Shown here piece by piece: positions 1-9,970 of a stretch of DNA of 44,385 nt. This DNA is from Acidimicrobiia bacterium (lineage in GTDB: Bacteria > Actinomycetota > Acidimicrobiia > Acidimicrobiales > JANYDT01): NCBI GenBank assembly GCA_043718695.1, contig JAYSVF010000238.1, positions 1 through 44,385 of the forward strand. Direction: 5' to 3'. Positions within the stretch are counted from its first letter, which is position 1. The number at the start of each line of letters is the position of its first letter. The notes below the pieces were generated by a model. The model was not told the DNA's origin, searched no databases, and saw only the letters and a program-made list of their open reading frames with translations. A program made the translations under genes and the position numbers.

Positions 1-1
1 G

Positions 2-517
2 CGTGATCTACGTCAACGCGTGCAACTCGTTCCGCAAGACCCGTTTCTGTTCGACCTCACCATTGGCGAGAACATTGCGCTGGGTATGCCACAGCTGCTT
101 GAAGCATCGCTCGTTGCAGCAATAGAGCGGCTGGGCCTCAGTGACTGGATAGCGCAACTTCCCGAAGGTTTGACAACGACGGTAGGGGAGCGGGGTAGTG
201 CACTCTCTGCGGGTGAACGTCAGTTGGTGGCTTTGGTGCGAGCAGAGGTTATGGCGCCTGAGGTCTTGATACTTGATGAAGCCACCTCATCGGTTGATGC
301 CGGAACCGAAGCGCGCTTAGCAGCCACGATCGATGAGCTGAGCCGCGGTCGAACCACAATTGTGATCGCCCATCGACTTTCCACCGCAGCCCGAGCCGAT
401 GCCGTAGCGGTGTTTGATGCCGGCCGTGTTGTGGAATACGGAACTCACGAATCGCTCATCGCCGCCAACGGTCACTATGCCCGCTTAGTAGCTGATTGGA
501 ACGAATCAGTCGCGTAG
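2..517 (+). CDS. ABC transporter ATP-binding domain (ABCB-type exporter), 5'-truncated by window edge
   Basis: Frame open from base 2. Q-loop VPQDPFLF, signature LSAGERQ, Walker B LILDEATS and H-loop IAHRLST are present. Confidence 0.93.
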   Translation, partial: RDLRQRVQLVPQDPFLFDLTIGENIALGMPQLLEASLVAAIERLGLSDWIAQLPEGLTTTVGERGSALSAGERQLVALVRAEVMAPEVLILDEATSSVDAGTEARLAATIDELSRGRTTIVIAHRLSTAARADAVAVFDAGRVVEYGTHESLIAANGHYARLVADWNESVA

Positions 518-745
518 ACCTGACTCCAGGGTGCGGCCGGGGTGTGGCCTTTGATTGGCTGCGTGTGTCGGTTTGGTGCATGTGTGAGGGATTGCTGACG
601 CAGTATTTTCTCACGGTGACAGTATTTGGCTCAGAGAACTCGACTGGGCGGTTCCCGTCGATTCAGAGTGCCATGTCTGCCTCGGAGAATAGTGTCCACA
701 ATATTCTGCCCAGGGACAAGATGAAACTGGCTAGCCTCGATGGCT

Positions 746-1264
746 ATGACGATCACGCCTGAAACGCAAGACTGGACCTGGACGATTGGCAAGGCCTGCC
801 CCGATTGTGGATACGACGGTCCTTCGGTTGATGTCACGAAAACCGGTGATGCCATACGCGCACTTATCAATCCGTTCGGTGCTGCACTGGCCAAGCCAAA
901 TGCCTCCACCCGTCCCAATGATGAAACGTGGTCACCAGTGGAATACGCCTGCCACGTCCGCGACGTGTTTCGTTTGTACGAGTACCGCCTCGGTCTCATG
1001 CTGAACCAGGACAATCCCACCTACCCAAATTGGGATCAAGATGCCACGGCCATTGAAGAACGCTACGACCTTCAGGACCCGTCGACCGTAGCGACCGAAC
1101 TGGCCGAAGCGGGACACTCACTGGCAGACGCCTTCGATCTGGTGACCGGCAATCAGTGGGAACGAACCGGCGTGCGCAGCGACAACAAGAACTTCACCGT
1201 CAACACCTTTGCCACCTACATGGTCCACGACCCCTTCCACCACCTCTGGGACATCACCCGCTAA
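746..1264 (+). CDS. DinB family protein with N-terminal CxxC motif
   Basis: DWTW..CPDCGYD N-terminus, WSPVEYACHVRD and HDPFHHLWD His motifs typical of actinobacterial DinB-like proteins. Start placed at ATG 746 behind TAGCCT (732-737); ATG 740 is also possible. Confidence 0.85.
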   Translation: MTITPETQDWTWTIGKACPDCGYDGPSVDVTKTGDAIRALINPFGAALAKPNASTRPNDETWSPVEYACHVRDVFRLYEYRLGLMLNQDNPTYPNWDQDATAIEERYDLQDPSTVATELAEAGHSLADAFDLVTGNQWERTGVRSDNKNFTVNTFATYMVHDPFHHLWDITR

Positions 1265-1537
1265 CCGTCGCTCGACCCCTGAGAAGGCGCCCGTCGTCGT
1301 TGGTGGAGCTCTCTGGAACGCACAACATCTGAACGTTCGAGCAAACGAACGAGGGTGGCCTAAACGTTTTGTCACGAGGGTACGGCGCCTCGCTGCACCA
1401 CAAGGCAACCTCGGTCTTGTGTAGGCCCGCTCAATAGCATCACAATACAGAATAAGTACAGAGGCTTTTCAGTAGAGATTTAGACTTTTCAATCGATTTA
1501 CAATTGAATGTCAATAGTTTTGTGTATTCTGAGACTA

Positions 1538-3016
1538 ATGACGCTACTGGATGCTGATGAGATCGAGACAATTCTCCAACAACTCCGTCTGCACGGTGGC
1601 GATGATGGAGCCGTGGAAGCTAAACGTGCCCGTGATTCGTTGCCATCGTCCTTGTGGGAATCGATCAGCGCTTTTGCCAACGCGAGAGGTGGGTTGCTGC
1701 TGCTGGGAGTTGACGAAAAACTGGGGTTTCAAGTAACTGGTGTCCAAAACCCCGCACTATTCGAGTCGCAGATTGGCGAGTTGTGCGCCAACCAAATGGA
1801 GCCCCCAGTTCGGGCGACGATTTACTCTGTTGTCGTTCAGGAACTTCCCATCGTGGTGGCAGACGTTCCTGCGACGCCACGATTACAACGCCCATGCCAC
1901 CTGCGATCAAAAGGAGCGTTCGCTGGCTCGCGGATACGGGTTGGCGACGGAGACCGCAAACTTTCCGAATACGAAGTTGCACTGCTACTTGGCGAGCGAC
2001 AACAACCGGTGCATGATCGCCAAGTGGTCAAGGGATCAACGCTCAGCGACCTTGATGCTTCAGCGCTGTCAGAGTTCGTTAAGCGGCTCCGTAACAGTCG
2101 GGTTCAGCTTTTCGCTGACCGCACCGATGGTGAAGTGTTATGCCTTCTTAATGTTCTCGCCGCCGACGCTGATGGAAAGAATGTGCCAACCCTTGCCGGT
2201 TTGTTGGCCTTCGGACGATACCCGCAGCAGTTTTTCCCTCAACTCAACATCACGTTCGTTTCGTACCCCGGGCTTGAGCCAGGGTTCGGGGGGAGTTTTG
2301 GTGAAAGATTCCTGGACAACGTGGCAATTGACGGGAACATTCCAATGATGGTCAAAACGGCAATCGGGGTGCTCCAAAGAAACATGAAACGCCGCAGCAC
2401 CATCCAGGGTGCGTTCCGTATCGATACACCGGAGTATCCGCTTGAATCGGTGCGAGAAGCAATCGTTAATGCCCTAGTCCATCGTGACTACGGATCATCA
2501 TCGCTGGGCGCTCAAGTGCAAATTGAGATGTACCCAGATCGACTTGTTGTTCGGAACGCCGGAGGTCTCTATGGGTCGATCGATACCAAAGACCTTGGCG
2601 TGATCCCAGCTACCTCGGCAAGGAATCAGGCGCTGTTAAAGATCCTCGAAGATGCGGTGGCCGAACCGGGCCGAACCGTTTGCGAAAACCGTGGGAGCGG
2701 AATATCCACAATGCGCCGGGGGCTTCAGCTTGAACACCTACCGCCACCTATTTTCACCGACGCGATCTCTACATTCGCGGTTTCGATGGGAAATGAACGA
2801 CAGGTCGAAATGAAGAGCTCCAACACCGTTCGGGACAATGTGCTTCTGGCGCTGTCTTCGACCCCAACGGATAGGAACGAACTGAGCAAACTCATCAAGG
2901 CTGACCCGCAAACGGTTTCCTCGGTGCTCGTTCAGCTACGGAAAGAAGGACTTGCCACGCTCATCGGAGCGCCCAGGTCGCGAGCGTCCAAATGGATAAA
3001 GGCAGAGCCGATCTAA
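1538..3016 (+). CDS. AlbA_2/Schlafen-domain + HATPase_c_4 + C-terminal wHTH protein (often annotated RecG-like or ATP-binding protein)
   Basis: VEAK..ISAFANARGGLLLLGVDE (AlbA_2); REAIVNALVHRDY..YPDRLVVRNAGG..RN..ENRGSGI (HATPase_c_4); short HTH-like C-terminus. Start at 1538 is supported by TG-n-TATTCT at 1522-1530. Confidence 0.88.
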   Translation: MTLLDADEIETILQQLRLHGGDDGAVEAKRARDSLPSSLWESISAFANARGGLLLLGVDEKLGFQVTGVQNPALFESQIGELCANQMEPPVRATIYSVVVQELPIVVADVPATPRLQRPCHLRSKGAFAGSRIRVGDGDRKLSEYEVALLLGERQQPVHDRQVVKGSTLSDLDASALSEFVKRLRNSRVQLFADRTDGEVLCLLNVLAADADGKNVPTLAGLLAFGRYPQQFFPQLNITFVSYPGLEPGFGGSFGERFLDNVAIDGNIPMMVKTAIGVLQRNMKRRSTIQGAFRIDTPEYPLESVREAIVNALVHRDYGSSSLGAQVQIEMYPDRLVVRNAGGLYGSIDTKDLGVIPATSARNQALLKILEDAVAEPGRTVCENRGSGISTMRRGLQLEHLPPPIFTDAISTFAVSMGNERQVEMKSSNTVRDNVLLALSSTPTDRNELSKLIKADPQTVSSVLVQLRKEGLATLIGAPRSRASKWIKAEPI

Positions 3017-3103
3017 GGCGTCGGCTACGAAAGGGTCGGCTTTGAAGGTGTCGGACGGAAATTCTGCAGGGCGCCGTAATGGCACTGACCAGCCTTGATG
3101 TTC

Positions 3104-3229
3104 ATGACGATTACCACTGAAACGCAAGACTGGACCTGGATGATTGGCAAGGCCCGCCCCGATTGTGGGTACGACGGTCTTTCATTCGATGTACTCAAAA
3201 CCGGGATAGCGTACGCGCACCCTTGCTGA
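3104..3229 (+). pseudogene. Degenerate copy of the 5' end of the dinB-family gene
   Basis: 3117-3179 matches 759-821 at 60/63 nt. Reads MTITTETQDWTWMIGKARPDCGYDG, then a frameshift and TGA at 3227-3229. The -10 is mutated (TAGCCT to CAGCCT). Confidence 0.85.
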
Positions 3230-3385
3230 CATAACGCACCTGGCTGAGCATCAGACAAGAAGCTCTTCATCGTTGGCATTAGCGCTTGATCCATGCTGGG
3301 TTTGACGCATTTCTCGGTCGAATACTCTCCTCATGAGCAGCTGGATCAACTCCCGTTCTATAAAAGTGGTCCATGTAACTGACTG

Positions 3386-3408
3386 GTCATGTAAAGTGGT
3401 CACATGAC
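3386..3408 (+). promoter_or_regulatory. Probable leaderless promoter and autoregulatory operator of the TA operon
   Basis: Inverted repeat GTCATGT-N9-ACATGAC spans -10 TAAAGT (3392-3397) and the ATG at 3404. Related TGGTC(C)ATGTAA direct repeats lie from 3367. Confidence 0.6.
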
Positions 3409-3628
3409 GCAAACGATTGCTGCCTCGGAGTTCAAAGCCACCTGCCTGGCCGTGCTTGATGTTGTGGCCGAATCGGCTGAGGAGTTCGTCATTACCAAAC
3501 ATGGGCGACCGGTTGCTCGGCTGGTTCCGATCCTGCCTGTGGGGAAATCCTTTGTCGGATCGGTAACGTACGCCAGCGTCGATGATGTGATGTCTTCAAC
3601 TGGCGAAGCGTGGGAGGCGGCAGGATGA
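3404..3628 (+). CDS. Phd/YefM family antitoxin
   Basis: IAASEFKATCLAVLD..FVITKHGRPVARLVP motif; stop overlaps the toxin start (ATGA). Confidence 0.93.
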   Translation: MTQTIAASEFKATCLAVLDVVAESAEEFVITKHGRPVARLVPILPVGKSFVGSVTYASVDDVMSSTGEAWEAAG

Positions 3629-4032
3629 TTCTGCTCGACACCCATGCGTGGATCTGGTTGGCCTCGGAACCAGATCGTCTTGGACCCTTGGTAGGTGCTG
3701 CCTTGCGGTCGACGGATGAACGATCGCTCGGTGCTTCAGCAATCAGCGGCTGGGAAATTGCCACCAAAGTTGCTCAGGGGAAACTCGGCTTGGATCGGCC
3801 AATTGGTGACTGGGTAGGCGGGACGCTGCAACAGTTTCGGATTGTCAGTGAACCAGTTTCGATGCCGATCGCCGTGCGGGCCGGAGGTCTTGGTGTCGAA
3901 GGTTTTCATGGTGATCCGGCGGACAGAATAATCGTGGCTACTGCTTTGCTTCTGCGCTGCCCGCTCGCCACGCTCGACGACAAAATTCGAGATTGGGCGG
4001 CAACGAGAAGTGATCTCGCCATCGTCTGGTAG
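3625..4032 (+). CDS. vapC: VapC family PIN-domain toxin
   Basis: ILLDTHAWIW, ISGWEIATK, HGDPADRIIVATA and T.D PIN motifs; coupled to the antitoxin by ATGA. Confidence 0.92.
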   Translation: MILLDTHAWIWLASEPDRLGPLVGAALRSTDERSLGASAISGWEIATKVAQGKLGLDRPIGDWVGGTLQQFRIVSEPVSMPIAVRAGGLGVEGFHGDPADRIIVATALLLRCPLATLDDKIRDWAATRSDLAIVW

Positions 4033-4077
4033 CAGCTGCTCCACGAGCTCATTACAAATCTCTCTATCGGAGTAAAC

Positions 4078-4209
4078 GTGACTGACATTCCAATCCCCGA
4101 CATTGCAGAAGATTTCGTCGAGCCCACCACCAACGCCGATCTCGAGCGCGTGAGCGAGCGATTTTCCGGTCTGGCCGACGACGAGCTGATGCGCCGGGCT
4201 TGGTCCTGA
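4078..4209 (+). CDS. Small 43-aa acidic protein, possibly an antitoxin C-terminal remnant
   Basis: GGAG RBS at 4069-4072, GTG start, MTDIPIPDIAEDFVEPTTNADLERVSERFSGLADDELMRRAWS*. Below the ORF-track length cutoff. Confidence 0.45.
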   Translation: MTDIPIPDIAEDFVEPTTNADLERVSERFSGLADDELMRRAWS

Positions 4210-4265
4210 CCAGCAGGCTGATTCACGATCCAAGCTTGATCCCGCCAACACCTAACCTGGGCGGC

Positions 4266-5048
4266 GTGGGCCCGTTTACTGAGCAAGAGCGTTACTCGTT
4301 TGACCTTCAAGGGTTTGTGGTTCGTCGTGGTGTTTTGGATGCCGACGAGTTGGCAACGATTCATCAGGCGATTGACGATTTGAAGATCCCAACGCCGGGA
4401 GCCGATATTGCTTCGCAGCGATTCAGCGGATTCCTAACGCACGAAGTGTTCCGTACGCTTATGGATCACGAAGCAGTGCTGCGGCCGGTTGTAGAACTCT
4501 GTGGACCTACGGTTCGGCTCGATCATTGCTACGGCATCATCATGTCACCAGGTACGAGTGGCCTTGGGCTGCATGGGGGAGCGGTGCCTTACGACCCAGC
4601 GCAGTCCTACAACGTTCACGATGGCCAAATGTTCAACGGGCTTGTTGCTGTGCATTGGGCGTTGGTCGATCATCCGAAGGGGGCTGGCGGATTCTGTTGT
4701 GTTCCTGGAAGCCACAAGGCCAACTTTGCGTTACCGGACCCGCACGATCCATCGTTGGTCCTCGATGTTGAACTTCGCGCGGGAGACGTGGTGTTCTTTA
4801 CCGAAGCCCTCACCCACGGAACCATGCCCTGGTTAGGTCCTGCGCAACGTCGCTCGCTGTTTTTCAAATACGCGCCAGGTTTCCTTGCTTGGGGTCGCAA
4901 CTACGAATCCGAACTCAACGATCACGGGCTACGCGCGCTGCTGACGGATCGCCAACGGCTCCTGGTTCAATTCCCACCGGTCTACCCCCACGAACCAGTC
5001 ATTGCCCTAGAAATGCCTAAGCAGAATTACCCTCAACCGAAAACTTAG
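4266..5048 (+). CDS. Phytanoyl-CoA dioxygenase (PhyH) family Fe(II)/2-oxoglutarate dioxygenase
   Basis: ERYSFDLQGF, LHGG, GGFCCVPGSHK, AGDVVFFTEALTHG and RRSLFFKY motifs. GTG 4266 follows TAACCT (4253-4258). Confidence 0.88.
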   Translation: MGPFTEQERYSFDLQGFVVRRGVLDADELATIHQAIDDLKIPTPGADIASQRFSGFLTHEVFRTLMDHEAVLRPVVELCGPTVRLDHCYGIIMSPGTSGLGLHGGAVPYDPAQSYNVHDGQMFNGLVAVHWALVDHPKGAGGFCCVPGSHKANFALPDPHDPSLVLDVELRAGDVVFFTEALTHGTMPWLGPAQRRSLFFKYAPGFLAWGRNYESELNDHGLRALLTDRQRLLVQFPPVYPHEPVIALEMPKQNYPQPKT

Positions 5049-5346
5049 AGCGCCGGGCGGTCTAGCGGTCCAGACATCAAGGGGTAAAGCGTCGGTGCAG
5101 GTGTGATTCTCCTACGTGCTCTCCGTGCCGATAACTCACATGCCTAAAACAACTCATAAACCGATCCGGCGAAAAGCTCAACCTTGTTGACGTCGAACTC
5201 CATACCGAGAAACTCCTCGACGGTTACGTCTGAACGCACAACACCTCGACTTTGCACGGTGAAAGCCTACCTGGCGCTTCCTCATGGGCACTTGGGCAGG
5301 AAAGTCCCGCACGGTGTTGCGGCTGAGTCCGCCTAGCCTCTTAGCC

Positions 5347-8300
5347 GTGAGTTTGGCCCCCCTTCCCGCGTTGATGCGGGGCGATCGTGATTTGACTGAC
5401 CTTCTGGGGTCCCGTAGTGCGCTGTTGGCGGTGGCTGAACCGGCCCGGGCGTACGTGATCTCGGCGTTGGCTACCATCACCAAACGCCGACCCATCGTGG
5501 TCATCACCGCCACCTCGAACGACGCGGAGCGCCTAGCCCATGACCTCCGGGCCTATTTGGGTGACCATCAGGTCGACATCTTTCCGGCTTGGGAAACGCT
5601 GCCGTTCGAACGCGTCAGCCCCAGCGTGGAAACCATGGGCCGACGCCTCCGCTCCATGTGGCACCTGCACTCCGGCGAAGACATGCCCGCGGTGCTGGTG
5701 GCCCCAATCAAGGCGGTATTGCAACGGCTCGGGCCTCACGTGGAGGAAACCGCGCCGGTCATCATCGAAGCTGGGCAACAGGTCGATGCCGAAGAACTGG
5801 TCAAACAACTCGTCGGCCTTGGGTACCGACGCGAATACCAAGTTGAACACCGTGGCGAAATCGCGGTGCGAGGCTCAATTGTCGACGTGTTTGGTGCAAC
5901 TGCCGACATCCCCGTGCGTATTGATCTTTGGGGCGATGAAGTTGATCGCTTAAGCGAATTCAGTGTGCAGGATCAACGCTCCACCGAAGAACTGCAACGA
6001 GTTGAACTGTTCGGGTGCCGCGAACTACGCCCCACCGACGAAGTAAAAGCCCGCGCCGAAGCCCTGATGGCCACCGAGCCGTGGGGTCGTGATCAGTGGG
6101 AACGCCTCTCACAAGGCACCGTGTTTGATGGCATGGAATCGTGGCTTCCATGGCTCACCCAAGGCGAACACATCCTGGCCGATCTGTTCCCCGAAGACGC
6201 CCTGGTGTTGATGGTTGAACCACGCCGTATGCGCGACCGGGCCGCCGATCTGCTCGATGAAGAAGCTGCGCTAGCCGGAAGTTTGGCCCGAACGTGGGGC
6301 GCCGATCAAACCAGTTCCGTGTTGGCCGAGAGCGGCGCATTCCCGATGCTGCACCTGGCCTTCGACCGGTTGCTAGCTCACACCAAAGCTCCGGCCTGGA
6401 CCCTCACCGCTGCCCCAGAAGGACCGGGAACCACCGTCGTCGCCTCCATGGGTTGGAACCCGGTCATGGGCGATTCCACCCTGCTGTTTCGCCAAATCAA
6501 GAACCTGCTCGATGAGGGTTATCGCATCATCCTTGCTGCCGACGGGGAAGGCTCGGCTGATCGTCTCCAAGCAGTCTTACGAGATGAAGGTATGCGCGCA
6601 GAGGTTGTACCCGCTGGCTATGAACCCGATATCGATCAACGCAGCAACGCCAGTGTGCAGATCGTTATCCAATCGTTAGAGCGCGGTTTCATTCTGCCCG
6701 CAGTAAAGCTCGCCGTGTTGGCCGAATCCGATATCACCGGCCGCCGCAGGGCGCACCGCAAAGCGAAACCCAAGAAGCGCAGAGAAGCGCAGGCGTTCTT
6801 TGACGATCTCAAAACCGGCGACCATGTGGTCCACTACGTGCACGGTGTCGGCAAGTTCGCCGGCATGGTGAAACGGGCCATCGGTGGCGTGGATCGCGAT
6901 TATCTGCTGCTGGAATTCCGGGGCGACGACAAACTCTACGTGCCATCCGATCAGATCGACGCGGTGCGACCGTATAGCGGTGAGCCTCCGAGCTTGCATC
7001 GTTTGGGTGGCAAAGATTTCGCTGGAGCCAAGGCCAAAGTACGCGCCGCCGTGCAAGAGATCGCCCAAGAATTGGTGGTGCTCTACCAAAAGCGCATCAC
7101 CGCACCGGGCCACGCGTTTGGGCAAGACACACCCTGGCAGCGCGAAATGGAAGAGCTCTTTCCGTATCAAGAAACTCCCGACCAGCTCAAAGCCATTGAG
7201 GATGTCAAGGCCGACATGGAAGCCCCATCGCCCATGGACCGCCTGGTTTGTGGCGATGTGGGTTATGGCAAAACCGAAGTGGCGATTCGCGCGATCTTCA
7301 AGGCCGTGCAAGATGGCAAACAGGCAGCAATCCTTGCCCCAACCACACTCCTAGCCCAGCAGCACTACCAAAACTTCACCGAACGTTTTGCGAACTACCC
7401 CGTACGCGTAGAAGTTCTCAGCCGCTTTCTCACCGCCAAGCAAGCCAAGAAAGTGATCGAAGGCGTCAAGACCGGCGAAGTTGATGTGATCATCGGTACA
7501 CATAGGTTGTTGTCGAATGATATTCATTTCCCGCGGCTCGGTCTGCTGGTAGTCGATGAGGAGCAACGCTTCGGGGTAACCCACAAAGAGGCCATCAAAC
7601 AGTTGGCCAACAACGTGGATGTGCTCACCCTCACCGCAACGCCCATCCCGCGAACGCTAGAAATGGCGCTTACCGGTATCCGTGACCTCACGTTGTTGAA
7701 CACCGCACCGGCGGAACGTCAACCGATTCTCACTTTCGTGGGGGAGTACGACGATCGTGCCGTGGGCGAAGCAATCCGGAGAGAGCTCCTTCGTGAAGGC
7801 CAGGTGTTCTATGTGCACAACCGGGTGGCCGACATTGAATGGAAAGCCAAACAAATCCAGGACTTAGTACCTGAAGCTCGCGTAGCTGTAGCCCACGGAC
7901 AGATGGACGAAGGTTCGCTCGAATCCATCGTGTATGACTTTTGGGAAGGCAAATACGACGTACTCGTTTGCACCACCATCATCGAAACCGGCATCGACAT
8001 GCCCACCGTAAACACCCTCGTGGTAGACCGTGCCGACCGTCTTGGTCTCGGACAACTCCACCAGCTACGTGGCCGAGTCGGACGCAGCGGCCAACGAGCC
8101 TATGCGTACTTATTTTATCCACCCGATGTGAAACTCTCCGATGAGGCCTACGAACGCCTAAAGACCATCGGTGAACATACCGAGTTAGGATCGGGTTTCA
8201 AGATTGCCATGCGCGACTTAGAAATTCGTGGTGCTGGCAACATCTTGGGTGGCGACCAATCCGGACATATTGCCGCCGTTGGCTATGACCTCTACAGCCA

Positions 8301-8820
8301 AATGGTGATAGAAGCCGTCGGCGAATTGAAGGGTGAAGAGAAGCCCAAGGAACCCGCAGAAATCAAGATTGATCTCGCCATCGATGCCAATATTCCCCAC
8401 GACTTCATTGGCAAAGAACCCTTGCGTCTTGATGCGTACCGTCGCTTAGCCGTCGTAACGAGCCACGCCGACGTTGACGATATTGCCAACGAGTGGATCG
8501 ACCGTTACGGACCCATCCCCGATCGTGCCAAGGCACTCCTCGACGTGGCCCATCTCCGAGCGGAATGTCACCGGATCGGCTTGCGAGAAGTAACTGCCAC
8601 CAAAGCCGCAGGCATGGGCGCCTCGCTGATGACGGGCGCCATTGCCCTCAAGATGAGCCCGGTCGATCTCAAAACCTCGCAAGAAGTTCGCCTGCAGCGC
8701 CTGTCGCGAACGGCCATCTACAAGGCCAAAGAACAGGTACTCATCTACCCAATGAAAGCCGGTTCCAACATCATCGAAACCCTGCTGGCCTTCCTGGGTG
8801 AACTGTACCCAAGGGCCTGA
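5347..8820 (+). CDS. mfd: Transcription-repair coupling factor
   Basis: UvrB-homology N-terminus, RID (VVHYVHGVG), [28 protein letters not shown] and TRCF C-terminus. GTG 5347 follows TAGCCT (5334-5339). Confidence 0.98.
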   Translation: MSLAPLPALMRGDRDLTDLLGSRSALLAVAEPARAYVISALATITKRRPIVVITATSNDAERLAHDLRAYLGDHQVDIFPAWETLPFERVSPSVETMGRRLRSMWHLHSGEDMPAVLVAPIKAVLQRLGPHVEETAPVIIEAGQQVDAEELVKQLVGLGYRREYQVEHRGEIAVRGSIVDVFGATADIPVRIDLWGDEVDRLSEFSVQDQRSTEELQRVELFGCRELRPTDEVKARAEALMATEPWGRDQWERLSQGTVFDGMESWLPWLTQGEHILADLFPEDALVLMVEPRRMRDRAADLLDEEAALAGSLARTWGADQTSSVLAESGAFPMLHLAFDRLLAHTKAPAWTLTAAPEGPGTTVVASMGWNPVMGDSTLLFRQIKNLLDEGYRIILAADGEGSADRLQAVLRDEGMRAEVVPAGYEPDIDQRSNASVQIVIQSLERGFILPAVKLAVLAESDITGRRRAHRKAKPKKRREAQAFFDDLKTGDHVVHYVHGVGKFAGMVKRAIGGVDRDYLLLEFRGDDKLYVPSDQIDAVRPYSGEPPSLHRLGGKDFAGAKAKVRAAVQEIAQELVVLYQKRITAPGHAFGQDTPWQREMEELFPYQETPDQLKAIEDVKADMEAPSPMDRLVCGDVGYGKTEVAIRAIFKAVQDGKQAAILAPTTLLAQQHYQNFTERFANYPVRVEVLSRFLTAKQAKKVIEGVKTGEVDVIIGTHRLLSNDIHFPRLGLLVVDEEQRFGVTHKEAIKQLANNVDVLTLTATPIPRTLEMALTGIRDLTLLNTAPAERQPILTFVGEYDDRAVGEAIRRELLREGQVFYVHNRVADIEWKAKQIQDLVPEARVAVAHGQMDEGSLESIVYDFWEGKYDVLVCTTIIETGIDMPTVNTLVVDRADRLGLGQLHQLRGRVGRSGQRAYAYLFYPPDVKLSDEAYERLKTIGEHTELGSGFKIAMRDLEIRGAGNILGGDQSGHIAAVGYDLYSQMVIEAVGELKGEEKPKEPAEIKIDLAIDANIPHDFIGKEPLRLDAYRRLAVVTSHADVDDIANEWIDRYGPIPDRAKALLDVAHLRAECHRIGLREVTATKAAGMGASLMTGAIALKMSPVDLKTSQEVRLQRLSRTAIYKAKEQVLIYPMKAGSNIIETLLAFLGELYPRA

Positions 8821-8869
8821 GGAACCTTAGGCACACCTGGGGCCCGGCCTCCCGGTAGGATCTGACCTC

Positions 8870-9901
8870 GTGAAATCGTTTGTGTCGCCTGTTTCCTCTG
8901 CCCGCCAATCCGCCAAAGGGTCCAAACGGGCTGTCCGCCGCCTAACTGGCTTTGCGCTTGCTTCCCTGATTGGGGCATCGTGCGCTGGTGCTGGTGGGCT
9001 GAACGGCAAGGTTCTTACCATCGATGGTGAGGGGATTTCTAAAGCGCAGCTTGAGGATCACCTGAAGGGTGCGGCGCTAACCGCCCGGCCAGGATCACCC
9101 ACAAAAACCGAAACAGGAGCCTGGGCAGGGGCATTCGTAGCGGAGAATCTCAACAGTTTGATGTTCGCAAACGCTATTCACGCTGAACATCAGGCACAAA
9201 AACTCTCGCCGGTAAAACGCGATCCAAAAATTCTGGCTGAATTCACGAAAGCCATAGGCGGAGAGCAAATCGCGAAACAGCTCTCAAAGTTCTTCATCGA
9301 CACCCAAATCAACACCCAAGCTGAAGTCGAAGCGCTGTACGCCGCCGCGGCCAAAAAGAACGGCACGCCACAAGAGTTTTTTGCCCAACACGGTGAGTTT
9401 TTTGCCGAAACCTGTATCAAACACATTCTGGTCTCAGCGCCCGATGTGGCAAAGCGCATTCGTGCCGAACTCGACAATGGTGGTGATTTCGCGGCCATCG
9501 CCAAGAAGGAATCAACCGATACGGGTTCCGGTGCCGAAGGTGGCGTACTGCCGTGTGGTGGGGTGCAGCAGTTCGTTCCTGAATTCGCCGCCGCCGCAAC
9601 GAAACTAAAAATCGGTGAGATCTCTCAGCCCGTGCGCACGCAATTCGGTTTTCACATTTTGTCGGTAGTCAGCCGTAAGGCACCAAAGTTCGCCGATGTT
9701 GAGCAATCCCTGCCCGAGGCCATGACCGGTTTCTCGCAAACCACGGTCAAAGACGCCGTGTTCAAACGGTTGAATAACGCCAAGATCAATGTCGATTCCT
9801 CCTTTGCCGGCATCGATCGCACCGGAGAAGTACCCCAAATGTTTGCTCCAAGCGCCAAAATTCTTCGAGGCCCCGCCATCACCGACCTCCCCGTTGGCTG
9901 A
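8870..9901 (+). CDS. Exported parvulin-type peptidyl-prolyl isomerase (PrsA/SurA-like), possible lipoprotein
   Basis: Signal-like N-terminus ending in IGASC; rotamase motifs KHILV, DFAAIAKKESTD, GGVL, FVPEF and PVRTQFGFHI. Confidence 0.87.
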   Translation: MKSFVSPVSSARQSAKGSKRAVRRLTGFALASLIGASCAGAGGLNGKVLTIDGEGISKAQLEDHLKGAALTARPGSPTKTETGAWAGAFVAENLNSLMFANAIHAEHQAQKLSPVKRDPKILAEFTKAIGGEQIAKQLSKFFIDTQINTQAEVEALYAAAAKKNGTPQEFFAQHGEFFAETCIKHILVSAPDVAKRIRAELDNGGDFAAIAKKESTDTGSGAEGGVLPCGGVQQFVPEFAAAATKLKIGEISQPVRTQFGFHILSVVSRKAPKFADVEQSLPEAMTGFSQTTVKDAVFKRLNNAKINVDSSFAGIDRTGEVPQMFAPSAKILRGPAITDLPVG

Positions 9902-9970
9902 TTAACCTGAGCTGAAACGCACAATCGAAATGATTGAACCGATCAAACGGTTAAAACTGATCGCACAAGC

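Noticed and set aside
1538-3016. RecG DNA helicase
   Set aside because: No SF2 helicase motifs; the RecG label comes only from the HATPase_c_4 domain name.
1316-5243. 12-bp direct repeat GAACGCACAACA (1316-1327 and 5232-5243) as att sites of an island
   Set aside because: Short enough to arise by chance, with no integrase or tRNA target; cannot be supported without comparative genomes.
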